A program made the translations under genes and the position numbers. 64,000 nt of DNA from Catajapyx aquilonaris (lineage: Eukaryota), in contig KZ538328.1 in the NCBI GenBank assembly GCA_000934665.2, positions 1-64,000 on the forward strand, in the 5' to 3' direction. The notes beneath the pieces are model-generated. The model saw only the letters and a list, made by a program, of their open reading frames with translations. It ran no database searches and was not told the origin of the DNA. Each line of letters starts with the position of its first letter. Positions within the stretch are counted from its first letter, which is position 1. Below are positions 50,612 through 62,900 of the stretch, piece after piece.

Positions 50612-53600
50612 CCCACCTCTCCCCTACAAAGGACTATGTATCCTACTTCCCCCCATCTGTCTCCTGAGTAATTATAAACGACGCTATACGGATGCAGTGA
50701 GTCAGGAGTTTGGGGCAGAAGGGATGAAGAGTGCTCTTGGTTGGTCTCAAAATGATGCCCATTATCACGTCATAGAGACCTTTGTAAGCAGGAAGCAAGC
50801 ATAACGACTACAATTCAAGTGAGATGTGGTCAGACGCGACGCTTTTTCAATCGATCCCGAGTGATGTCATCACTGACATTCGTGTAGACCAGGAAATACA
50901 ATATGCATGCAGTTTCCACAGTAGGTCCATAGAGTACAATGCAATGGTTATTGTAGTGTGAGTTACAAAATTCCTTGCGTTATTTTGTGCTAATAACTGT
51001 TGTAGATAGCGGCTACAGTATTAATGAGGTATGCCGGATCCTGTGGCTGAAATATCAATCGACATAACTTGGAGAATTCCAGCATTTTGTGTTTCATGAT
51101 TGGGTGAGAGCCAACGCGTATATACCTGCTGGTTCAATGTATCAAGTACTACATGACCACCAGATACGTGAATATATGTGTGCGTCACAGCGATTTCTGC
51201 ATTTCTCTAGTATCGGTGCCTTTGTTAGCACACCCAGGAATATGCACGAAGGGTCTCCCTTGGGCTGAACGGTTTAGGCCCCGGGGGGCAAGGGGGCGCC
51301 CTGGGAGTTCCCCCACATTAGGCCCATCTCAGGGGTGGACATACACGAACGTGACATGTTAAGGTCCGTCCGTATACGATTGAGCCTGCACCATGAACAG
51401 CTGCTTACTTCAATCCGCTATTGTTCTGCTAGGGGACATTACTGAAATCATGCGATACCAGTTAAACTGACAATTTGTGCATTAGTCAGTCTACTGGGCG
51501 GAGAGCCCCCCAAAAATGCGATAATAATAATAGTGGTCCCCTGTTCAGTTGATGAAATCAGAAGGCAATCGAAGCCCGTGCACACCACCTGTATTCCCAA
51601 AAGGGCCGGCTGTAATGAACTGGGACATTAATTAATTAGGAAATTTCGAATCGATAAGCTTATAATCCCTTACCCACGCAACAGTTTTAGCCTCACTTAG
51701 TCCAATAATTACTCCCATCTGTAGTTATGTGATTGATATAAGATAATAGCGGTTCAGATGAACGCTAGGTCTCAACCGGTTTTGTACCAGCACCAAGGCT
51801 TCTTTGCAACTGACTGTGAGAGGAGACAAAAAATAAAGTAGCCGAGATATATAAGCACGTCGTAATTTTTCGCAAGACTCGGCCCACAGTCTGTGGCATC
51901 AGGAGTACTTAAGACTTTCCATTTCGGGATGTGGGTGTGAAGAAATGACACCGTATCTCTTCTTGTACTATTGTTCCTGTGGGAGTATATCAGTGGTATC
52001 AGGTCCGAAACAGGCAAGTTGGAAAGTTTGTCATGACAAGGGCCGTGATAGCCCTATTGCAAACACGATGACTGGTTAGGTGGGCGACCAATTCCTGATC
52101 GCAAATCCGTGTAATCTGACTGTCTTCCTGTGTACTGCGAGTACTCAGTGAATCGTAGAATTTAACGAGCCCCGATGCATAGGCAGAATGACAAAGCCCT
52201 AATCGGATCTGCGTGTTCCCTGGAAATCTGGATTTATTAGATCCTTTAAAATTTCATCGTGTCGCTCCGAGCACTGGGTTTACACTTTATAATCCCTGGT
52301 CTGGAATGGTAAACCGGAGCTGATCTCATTTATTTTAACAGTCAGTTGGGGATTTGGGTGTCTGGGTTTCTCCGGAGCTCTGGAATTTGCGGCCGTGAAG
52401 CCACGTCGGAAGTTGACAGACTTAAAATCCACTGCAGAAACCTGAGCTCATTTAGGCTATGTCGCCAAAAGTTCACCTATTGCAATGCGTACAAACACAC
52501 AATATGTGAGTTTCTCCGAAGAACTAACATTACCGTGGAGGGGCTGGTGTTAACGCAGTAATCGACATAATGTAACATCTGATACTGTATGCGGCAGATG
52601 TATGGCAACTGCATACCATAGCACCAACGGGGATCGATAGGAAGCAAACTTTTCTCATCAATGTAAAACAGATGCACCGAAAATGCCTTTGGAAGGATCG
52701 CACTTAACTTCTCCATTAACTACTATGTTGATTTTCCTCATTGGAAAGGCTAATGAATAGTATGCGAACAATTTGCAGTCTTGAAGCAAATAGTTGCTCT
52801 TGTATTTGCATCAGAAATTCTGGGAAGCAAAGTAACCCGCAGGGTTGATTTCAAGGGATGGAAGTGCTGGAGAGTATACCTCTCTCTAAAAAAAATTACT
52901 TGTGTCTATAGCGGTGAGACGATGGTTAATTGGACGGAACCGCTTTTCTCACCGATTTCCAATCAGGTGGGTGTGACAAAGCAGCCTGAACACCAGGGTT
53001 GGGCTATGTGCTTAGTCAAAGCTGCTTGTTTGTGTAAAGGAGGTGGGGGGTTCCCAACGCTCTTGGGAAATTTGCTTCAGGTGGCCGGATTCGGTTGGTT
53101 TCATGCTGGATTCAGGTGAGACGGAACGTTTTTTCCGTGGCCAGTTCAACGTTCTGCACGATTACCGATTCGATTGATGGTCTCTGGAAAAAGAAAAAAA
53201 AGAGAACCACAACTCCGTAATCAAAATGCACTGTGGTTTTGATGACGCTTTTCAACACTTTATTCCGTCCCGAAGCGTTAGAATCGGTTTTAAAACAGCT
53301 TGAAATCCTGCAAGAAATCAGCCCATAAATCGGATTTTCCCCGTAAGTGTTAGTTGCGAAAACTCTCCGCTGAAAAAAAAAACAACTAGGAGAGGAAGCA
53401 GCGTTACCCACGTGCAGGAATAATTGAGTCAATCAATTCTAATCAAAGAAGCAAATCCACGGAGCAGGCCAAAGCTCCGTGGTTTCCAGGATGCTGAGTA
53501 AATCCTGGATTTGAGGGGAAGAGCCTTTCCCCATCCCCCTCTGGCTACATGGCCCCAAAGTATAGAATGGGTAGGCTCAGAATAATTATATCAAGAGAGT

Positions 53601-56016
53601 AGGGGGAAGGTGTGGTTCAAAAGCCTTCCTCTAGCTGACTAGTCTTCTCACGACTGTTCTGTTGCGGATTCCTGGGATTGTGGAGATGCAACAACAATTA
53701 TGCAATTTGCGTCTCCGTTTGCAATTACACCGGAGCAGATAATTATGTAACAATCATCGACATTTATGGACCTGAATAATGTCGGCGTCTCGTGGACTGT
53801 TAGTTTAATCCCCGGATTTTCCTGCGGGTATAATGAGATTATTTTGGTACCCCCCCTGTGCGGAATCGGAGCATCATGCCAAGCAAGCGTCGAGCATTTT
53901 CTTATATCCACGCCTTCTTCTTCTCTCCTGCTTCTTCCTGCTCTTCTCCATAATCCAATTACGTATTCGGGAATGGTTTCCATGGCGGGATAGGGAGGGA
54001 GTAGGAAGGAACAAGAGTTCTGTTTGTGGCAGTCAGTGGGCCTCAAGTGACTCCTGAAAATGTAGTGGTTTGCAAGCAAATTCTCTTTGGCTCACTCGGC
54101 TCCCAATTCATTTCTCGGCTTTTTAACCTCCCACCGCCTTGTTATTAGAGGCTGGAAATTAGTTTTTGGGCAATTCAGAGACTTGTTATTTTAGACCGGA
54201 TCAGCCCTTTTGCGACGCGGTTAAAGTGGCAACAGGTGAAAAGTGCATGGTATGACCCCCCCGCGTTCCTCTTGCCAAAGGAGGAACATTCCATCGGGTG
54301 CTGATTCATCACCGGTGGCTCGTTGAGCTGCTGGGAATGGATCGAAGAGACCAGATTTTGGAACAAAAAAGGGGGAGAGAAACTATTTTCTGTTCGTATA
54401 CCAGAGATACCGTATAGTACGTCACTTTAGGTTCCTCTGTATTCTCGGCAATTGAGCAGTAATGGGTCACGTTTGGCGGTCCTTTTCATCAGACCATGCC
54501 GGGAATATAAGGGATTACTCCCAGCTCGTTTAGGTCAGGTCATGACACTCGCCATCTGGCAGGATGACGTCACGACGGATCACACTTTAAGCGTAATGGG
54601 CGGTGGGCGGATGCTCCGTTAATTAACAGGAGCAAGCTGAAATTGTCCAGAGTAACACCTTCGGTCATTTCATTCTGTGAAGGACGTTTTGGTCCACCAG
54701 GCAAGACGTATAGCACTTGTAAGGCTTTCGGGCGTTTACTGAGCTTGATATAGCGGGAGGAGGGGCTGGTAAAGCAGTTTGGGGGGGATTTATCCTACCT
54801 TGTGGAAGGTTTCATGAAGATGCCTATGGTGCATTTGGAGAGCGGAATAGTTGCTATGAAATAATACGTAAGTGGAGAGAATTTTAGCTAATAATACGAA
54901 ACGAGTAGTTACTGCTGGTGAAATATGGTTACATCATATCGGACCTGTCTGTTTCTGTCTTGAGGGGAGATGGCACGTGAAGGCCAGTCATTATTGCCAC
55001 CCTCACCAACCCGGATCAGATACACCTACAGGCAGAAATAAGGGCAATTTGACTACACCCACTGCACTGGCAGTCACTGTAAGCCTGCCATGAACATGCC
55101 CACCCATGCTTGAACTATACTATTTGCACTTGTTAAAAACAGGGCCGTATTTATGACTAGGACAGTTTGTACTGGATATTATGTTATTCGTGACAAGCTT
55201 TCAAGCAAAGTTTTAAAATCCAGGTCCAGCCGGTATAATTTCGATTAAGTGCAAAATGAAAGCAGTGGGGAACGTTGGTCTGCGGTCGACGAGCACTCCT
55301 ATTGGTGACAGTTTGAAAAGCGGAGCAGCACCTTTGTTGAGGATACGGGGAAAGTGTGTACGAAAGTTTGCCATTGTAATTGCCCAAAATGAGTTCCTCG
55401 CCGCACGGATCCAAAGTTGGGAGCCATTCTAACCGCCACCTTTCCTGTGACCTACTGCAGCGGTCTATAGAATGCCTAGGAATGATAGGTACTCTACCTT
55501 GGCTGATGAAATGGGACTCCGTGCGGATGCCGTGATTCCTTTGCCTAGAGAACTTCTGCATTGCGGCTCCCGGATCCTCCTCGGAGAGCCCTCGCAGACC
55601 TCCAGGCAATTGGCAAAGTTTGCACTGGGTGATTTTACTCAAAAGAACGATTTCGGGGGTGCCTCACGGTTTCCAAAACATCGATGGGAAAAACCGGTTT
55701 ATTTTACCATACTTCTTGAACGCTGAGGAATTGAGCTGGCCAGGATGACTCCCTTTGCTGCCGTGTCACAGACAAATGAGCCCACTTTTTTCATTCCTAG
55801 ACACGAGGAATCTGCTAGGCTAAGGGCTGCAAATAAACCGGCCATGTTGTGGCGTGGAATGTGGGCGTGGGGGGCTTGCTCCTTGATGGTGTTGATGAGA
55901 GAAGACTTGCGCTTGACACTTGTTCAGCGACAGACAGGTTTTAGGGGGGACATGTAGATGACCTCCGTGGACCCAGTGTGTACTCATGAGTAAAAATGTC
56001 GTCCTTTCGTTTGCAG

Positions 56017-56297
56017 ATGAGATCGCCTTTTTGGTGCAGAGGTCGGCCAACAACACTGTGGCTCTGTTCCATCAAGTGTACCAGAAGATGGCTGTTCTAG
56101 CCAGCCGACCCATCAGCTCCTTGTACACCGACCTCGAGAGCTTTGGGCTAGGCCGCAGTCCAGAGGTGAACCTGGAATCCTCCGTGGATACTTTCTTCGA
56201 TCAGCTGTTTCCTCTGGTGTACCACCTTACCCTCAACCCTAAGCTCAAAGACTTCAGCGACGATTACAAGGAGTGCCTCAGGGCCACGCAGGCGGAG
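56017..56297 (+). CDS. dally: Glypican coding exon 3
   Basis: Acceptor CCTTTCGTTTGCAG| and donor GAG|GTAAGC at 56298; 281 nt, phase 1-0. Reads (D)EIAFLVQRSANNTVALFHQVY...VDTFFDQLFPLVYHLTLNP...DYKECLRATQAE; FFDxLFPLVY and YxECL are GPC3/5/Dally-type motifs. Confidence 0.95.
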
Positions 56298-56488
56298 GTA
56301 AGCATGGATCCCAGCAAGCTTAATACTGTAATACCTCTAATCGGCGATGTAAATAGTGCAGCATGTACTGTAGAAGGTATATCGATTCGGTATATATGGC
56401 CATATACAGGCTCGGAATAAAAAAAAAATTATTATGCAGATGTACCCGTTGGTGCCAGTAGCGCTGATGGTCGCCATCTTATTTATAG

Positions 56489-56935
56489 GTGAACCCCTTT
56501 GGAGAGGTTCCTCGGCGGTTGTCACGCAGCCTGTTGCGTAGCCTGGAAGCAACCCGGTCGTTGTTGCAAGCTCTGCAGCTGGGTGTAGAGGCACTAAACA
56601 CAACTGAGCACTTGTCGCTGAGTCCCGAATGCCAGCCGGCTCTGGTCAGAATGTCCATCTGTCCCAAATGTGCCGGCTTGAGGCATCCGGACGCTCTGGC
56701 GTGCCCAGGTTTGTGCCACAACACTGTCCGAGGCTGCCTGGCCGGAGTGGCCGAACTGGAGCAGCCCTGGAATGAGTTCATCGGAGCTCTAGAGAGGGTA
56801 TCCGGGGTGGTGGCCGGATCTGGTCTGGGTGCTTCCTCGGCCCTGGCTCTTCCGGAGGTGCTGGGTGGACTGGACGCCCGGATATCGGAGGCAGTCATGG
56901 TCGCCATGGAGAATGGTCCTCAGCTGGAGAAGAAG
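56489..56935 (+). CDS. dally: Glypican coding exon 4 (gene presumably continues beyond the window)
   Basis: Acceptor CATCTTATTTATAG| and donor AAG|GTAGGA at 56936; 447 nt, phase 0-0. Reads VNPFGEVPRRL...LQALQLGVEALNTTEHL..SPECQPALVRMSICPKCAGL..ACPGLCHNTVRGCLA..AELEQPWNEFI...ISEAVMVAMENGPQLEKK. Exons 1-4 hold 11 Cys of the 14-Cys glypican pattern. Confidence 0.96.
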
Positions 56936-59900
56936 GTAGGAAGATTTTATACGCTCCCTGTTTTAACTGGTGGTCGTAATTTATGGAGATCCGCAATCCC
57001 AACCGTGTACATGATAGATGGTTACGGGAGTGATATATTTAGAGATCTGGACCCGACACCAGCCTCCCGACAATGCCCGGTTAGGAAAAGTGTCGCGCCG
57101 GAGAGAGCAATGAGGACGCATGTAAATGCTTGGCGCACATCAAACGAAGCCGTTTGTGCGACAAATTTGATAATCTACAGTATACAGGTGATGAAAAGCG
57201 TTCCTGCCATATGCGGGCGTTTTGGAGCGAGCTCCATTCCTCCTTTTTGCTAGTGCCAATAACAATTCCATTACTCGGGCTGCCGTGGAGACCTGGCTTT
57301 GAAGTCGACGTAAAGCGCCTTTGGAAGACGACGAAAGAAAGACCCAAACGTATACGGGAAGAGCTATCATCGAGGCCGTTGGGTGCAAAACGGTCGGACA
57401 CTCGGAGCAATCTCCGTCGTGCAAAATATGAGCAGAGAATCGTATCAGAAAACGGTGGGACTTATCTTCATTGCCGGCGTGGCGACCGAAAGGCTGTTTG
57501 CCTTCTTTTCGCCTTGCCTACTTGCCGGGCTTTGATTGCTCCTAAAATGTCAGTGATAAGCATTGTCGCTGGCCTGAGCGGAAAAAAATAAAGGAAGCTT
57601 TTGGAAATCGGCTTCCGACCCGACTTCTTTATTACGAGTCTCCCCCTATTCGGGTGGATATCCCCTACCAAAAAAAGAACAGATTTGTTGCATGGGTTAG
57701 GCTAAAATCGCCAAACTTAGTCATGCAAAAAGGACCAAATTGCGCAATTGCGCTGAACAGTGTGTACCGCTGTTGTAATTAAATCCCGACAGGTTCTGTG
57801 GCATTAGAGGGCCTCTTTAGTAGGTTTAATAAAGGCTGGGGAGGCTGGGGAATTATGCTGACGCGTAGTTTTCGCAGCAGCACTTGAAAGTTTTCTGTAG
57901 CTGCAGCTTGTACTACAATGCCTGCAAAAGGTTTTGCCATAGCAGGCACGGTTAGGTTTCCCTCGAAGCCACTTTTTCATCCCATTAACTTAAAACGGAG
58001 GCGGACTTTTCAAAAAACGTTCGTTTTCGACTAATTGGAGTGCACGTTAGTGCCAGGAAGCAACTCGTTCCGGAACCGTGTAGTCAAGAAGGACTTTAAG
58101 AAAAGAAGAAAGAGAGAGTCGAGGGAAATTGTGATGCAGTAGAGCCAGTCAGTCCGATTATTCCATCTGGGTTGTCGTGAATACCAGCCTGGTCGATGTT
58201 CGTTTTTTCCCGAAAGGAAAAATAATAATAAAGGGATGTGTACCAGAACTTTTTATGGTCGTTAATTGGATATGCCATTGAACGGGCGCGATGTCGGTGT
58301 AATATATTGAACTGGAAAAAAATGGGATGGACGGAACAGAAAGGGCACTTGTTGAGATTTGCGAAGTGGTGCATAAGGATTTGGTAAAGCAGAAAAAAAG
58401 GGGGCACACTCTTTGCAGATTTGCACTTCCCCTTGGTTGTGTCCAAATGAAAAGAGCAAAAGAAGAGGCTTGACTAGGGGGAGCGGTGTTACAGTAAGCT
58501 GCTTTTTGACGGGAATGATGGGAAGCTCCCGAGTGGGATTTGTCCGGTTGTTTTCCGGGGCTCTGGCCGTTGAGCCCTCGATGGATGAAGTCGGTTCATG
58601 GCTCGTAACGAGTGTACCGCATGTCAGCAGCGTTTGCCAGAAAAGTGCGTGGACCTGTTTGGTGATTGCACTCCAACGCGTCCTTCCGCCTTTTATGTCG
58701 TGTCCTGTCGTGCAGAAGTGAACCTTTCCTGACATTTCCGAGCAGGCGTGAATATTTAAAACGGTCCCCCCCCCCACCGTCCCTGCAATTGTGGACCACA
58801 GGACCATCACAACACGCAGCAGAGAATGCTTGCGACAACATTTACGGGGCTTGGAGCATGTCCTATCCGATATCTCCCTATTGGCTGCCTTTTCCACCAA
58901 ATCTAGGGAAATTCCCATAGTCACGAATTCTACCTGATACCTCTTCGTAATATAGTGACCACAAGGTAACCATAAAGAAACCCAACTGGGTTTGAACTGG
59001 CGGGTGCTTTCAGCTGGTCGATTGTCCAAGCCAGTTAGATAAGCCCGCGTTTTATCCTTTCACGGAAAGTGGACAGATTCAGCTGCCCGAAGTGAAGGGA
59101 AGGATAAAATTCACCCTTATCTACTTGAGCTATGTGGCCCAATATTCTGTAAAGGTACAAATATGTAGTCCCAGTGCAGTAAGCTTTGAAATACTTATAT
59201 GTGTTTTGTTTCAGCTACAGAATTGCGCATATATGCACACTTCAAAAATACAAATAATATCAAGAGTGACTGAAATACTATTTTCTTTTGTCTTGTGTGC
59301 ACATATCGCTTTCTCTTTGTCACATGTTCAACTAGATATCTCAAGTAACTTCCCTGAGTTTTAGTATGGAGATATCCTGCCCACATGAATTTATACAACA
59401 TTTAAACCGTATACGGTCAAGATAATGAGTGACATTATTAATTCAGATACATATACATAATGTATACATACTCTATAGTTTATTATGATTTTTAATACAC
59501 TAGAACTGTCATTATTGGAACAGATGGGTCATTATCATTACATTGTGTCATTACCGTCATTCGAGGGTCATTACATGCACTCAAATTGATAAAATACTTA
59601 TTTGAAGAGAATTATTATTGACACATGAGTAATGCTACAGTGAGGCTAAATGGAATGTGGTTCTACTTCCAATGATGCATTATTATTATTATGTCCATCA
59701 TTTAGAATATGATATTGTGAAATGGTAATTGGATGGAAACTTTCTAATAAACTGAATACTTGCAAGTGTGTTAAATTCTAAAGATGGTAATTTTATCACC
59801 ATATTAAATATCAAGTGAAAATAACATTTCAATTTCAAGAAGTAGTTTGAGCGAAAAATCCCTCAAACTGAACCGAAAATCACTAAAGATAGTTTACTGT

Positions 59901-62900
59901 AGCCTACAGTACAGCCTCTCCCAAAGTCAGGAATGGATGTGCATCACTTATACGTACAGTATTATCCCACGGTAAACCAGACAAATAATTATTGACCTTA
60001 AAGCGTGGGTTTACGGACACCCTGTGGTGATGGATGTATGAGGAAACGCACTTTGGCCGTGGAGGACACGTCACTGCCCTTACCTTGTTGACTTGTCGCG
60101 TTGTCTCCGCTCTTCCAGAGCGGACCTAATCCTAATGTGCGTTTCATGTCTTGTTAAGGAATTAGAGGTTGCCCCTCCTTAGAAGGACGTGGCGGATGCT
60201 AAGCGGAGATGAAAGAGAACGGGGTGGGTGGGGGGGGGGGGTTCCAAGGAGGGCAGATTTCGTATTCACTACCTTACAATGCTTGACTGAGTTTGATGGA
60301 AATGTGATCTGGGCGTAGGGAGTTGGAATTCCCTCAGCAGCTTGCACGAAAGGATTCAATCGGATATTCCCCAGCATCTGCCAGTGGAATCCGGTATGAG
60401 ATATGCAGTGTGAAGGTACACATCACATTTTCCACCCGCCTTCAAAGCTCGCCAAGCGTACGATTGATTCCCATGTACCCTGTACTTGGCAAACTAATGC
60501 AAGAGAGGAGTCATCAGGAGCAGGGCGAAGACGCTTGAAAGTGGATTTGGAGAGTCCGAAGGGATTCAATGCAGCTTTTGTGGGCTACCATTCCCGGACC
60601 ATAGATGCTCGTAATTCAGCCAACTGGGTCCGATTAGATGCAATCTTGCGGGACCCCTTTTCCGGCCTTCCGGACTGTAAAAATTTCCCCCGGAATTAGA
60701 TGGAGCTCGTGTGTCATCTACATTTCAGGGCTCGCCGACTGTGGGCTAATGGCTGCTTACGTTGCACTCCTAAGGAATTTTTTTAAAAAATTACAAAAAC
60801 AAACACAAGCGGCAGGCTACTGAATATTCAATATTATTTGGACTTGAGAGAAGATCCGTTTCATGGTGCAGTGTGTGAAGAGTGTTTTTGAGAAAAGACA
60901 CGGCTGGCTCACCCACTTCCAACCCTCTAATCCCCTGTTCTATGTAGGAATTTAGGGTCTGCTGATGTTGTCAACAAAGTTTCAGGAGGGGGTGAGGTTA
61001 ATGGGCTCTCTGAAAGCGAACTTTCGCGTAGGTGGCGAAGATTCTTGTTCGGACTTGTCCACCTTTTCAAGGCTCGGGAGTGGTCACCCAATACCCCCAC
61101 CTCACCTTTAAAAAATAAAAATAAACCGCTGCTCGCTACTTGCAATCTGCTGTGAAATCAGGATGTTTCCAGTGTTGCTATTGCCCCTGTGCGTGGTTGA
61201 AGAAGTGGTCTGAAATGAGAAAGGAGGGTTGGAAATCGTACCTGCCCGAGGGCCATCCATTGGAGATAATTTGACGCCGGCGTTTTCTTTCTTACCATCC
61301 CCCCAAGAGAGCCGAAGAATGGGACCAACTGAATAATCACTGCCGATTCAAGTAATTGTGCGTAATGGGTCTAACTTGTCTCCGAAAATTGGGCTCCTTG
61401 CGTGATCCAGAAAAGGGGAACCCTAGGAAAGCTCCTTTCAATGTCATTGGAACTTGAGGACACCTGTTGTGTTTGCAGTGGAATTTCCTTATTGGCACGT
61501 AGGTTATTATTTTCACAATTTTTTCCCCCCCACACCATCACCTTTGAATGGATGAGCTGGCTTGGTCACCGAAATAACTGGCGTATTCTCTGTAATGTGA
61601 CTCACATTGCAGGAACGTGGATTCATATCCACAGGCCATATTCTTGATAAGCTCAGGTGTGCAGTAAGGCAGGATAGTATTTCGTTTCTTCGTGGTAATC
61701 AACGTGACTGCATCCAAGCATGTATAAGTCATCGCTGCAGGCAGGCTTCCTTTTACCGTGTTGACTTGAGGGTACTAGTACTTGAAATGTCCGTACTAAC
61801 AAGCAGGTCACGAACGTGTAACATAACCGTTATCTACCTCCAGAGCGCTTAATTCGCACCTTCCAAACGCTTGAACAGTTTTCTTTAGCAACTGCAATAA
61901 AATTTAAAGTCCCCCCCCCCCTTTTTTTTGCTAACTTGCTGAACGTTCAAAGTGGTTGAGAAAAAACACGCGTATGGCAATAAATATCTGAGGTGGTGGT
62001 AAGCCTTAGGGTTGGAATAGACAGCCAAGGCGAAGGGGAAAGTTGTGGCTAAAAAATGTCTCCGATGAGACCAAAACATGACATCTTGTTTATTATAGTC
62101 ACGGCCGGAGAAGCTATGGTGTAACTTGTGCCACAATTTTTTTCCTTCAAACCTTCGGTTCAAAACCCCCTCGAAGGCTGGCACCAGTGCTATGGGGCCA
62201 ACTTACACGTGTCTCTGGAACACTTTATTAGCTTCTGCAGTCGTCAGCCCAGAGTAAATATTTGAACGATGTAAAACGCGAGTTGGTTGGGCCAATATGT
62301 TGAGGAATTAAGGGAGGGAGAGAGAGAGATTTTGCTGGTTTGGGACATTGCGAATGCAGAGGGGGATTTTACTAGTATTGTGAATTAAACGACACGGTTT
62401 GTTTTGTCGTTTGTAACCGGGGATAATTACCATTAACTATTACATGTTGACGTAAACAACAGCCATTTAAAGCATGAAATGCATAAACTGTAGATAATTC
62501 GATTGGATTTTCAATGGACCCGTGAAAATAATGAAGCTGTTGCTCGCTGTGAGGATTTTGGTAATTTATTTGCGTGATTCGCGCTTTGTTTTCCTTTGGT
62601 GTGGTAACGCAGATTTTGAATACAGGCAATTCGTCAATTTCCAGTGTGATAAATTGCGTGTCTCCTATCTGGTTAAATTTTGGCCTAATGAATGCATTTG
62701 TACGAGTATACACACAGCAGACCCTGGAATTGAACTAACCCCACTGTAACACGTGTACACCACATTCAGTTACCACCTGCGTAATTCACGTGGCCCACAC
62801 GAGGCCTCGTCTGTCTGTCCCGGCACCAGTGTGAAGTAGTGTTCCATATTGCCAAGCACAAAGGCGTTTCTGGAATGAAGATTCATTGGACGTGTCAGAG

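Noticed and set aside
56936..57253. 3' extension of the 254-aa ORF beyond ...LEKK
   Set aside because: Glypican similarity ends at the AAG|GTAGGA donor; the rest is intron read-through. The same applies to 9947-10098, 24474-24553 and 56298-56420.
58262..59029. 255-aa minus-strand ORF (also 46397-47038, 32768-33292, 28335-28847)
   Set aside because: No recognisable domain, homopolymer-rich and non-coding-like composition, no supporting splice structure; one spans an N gap.
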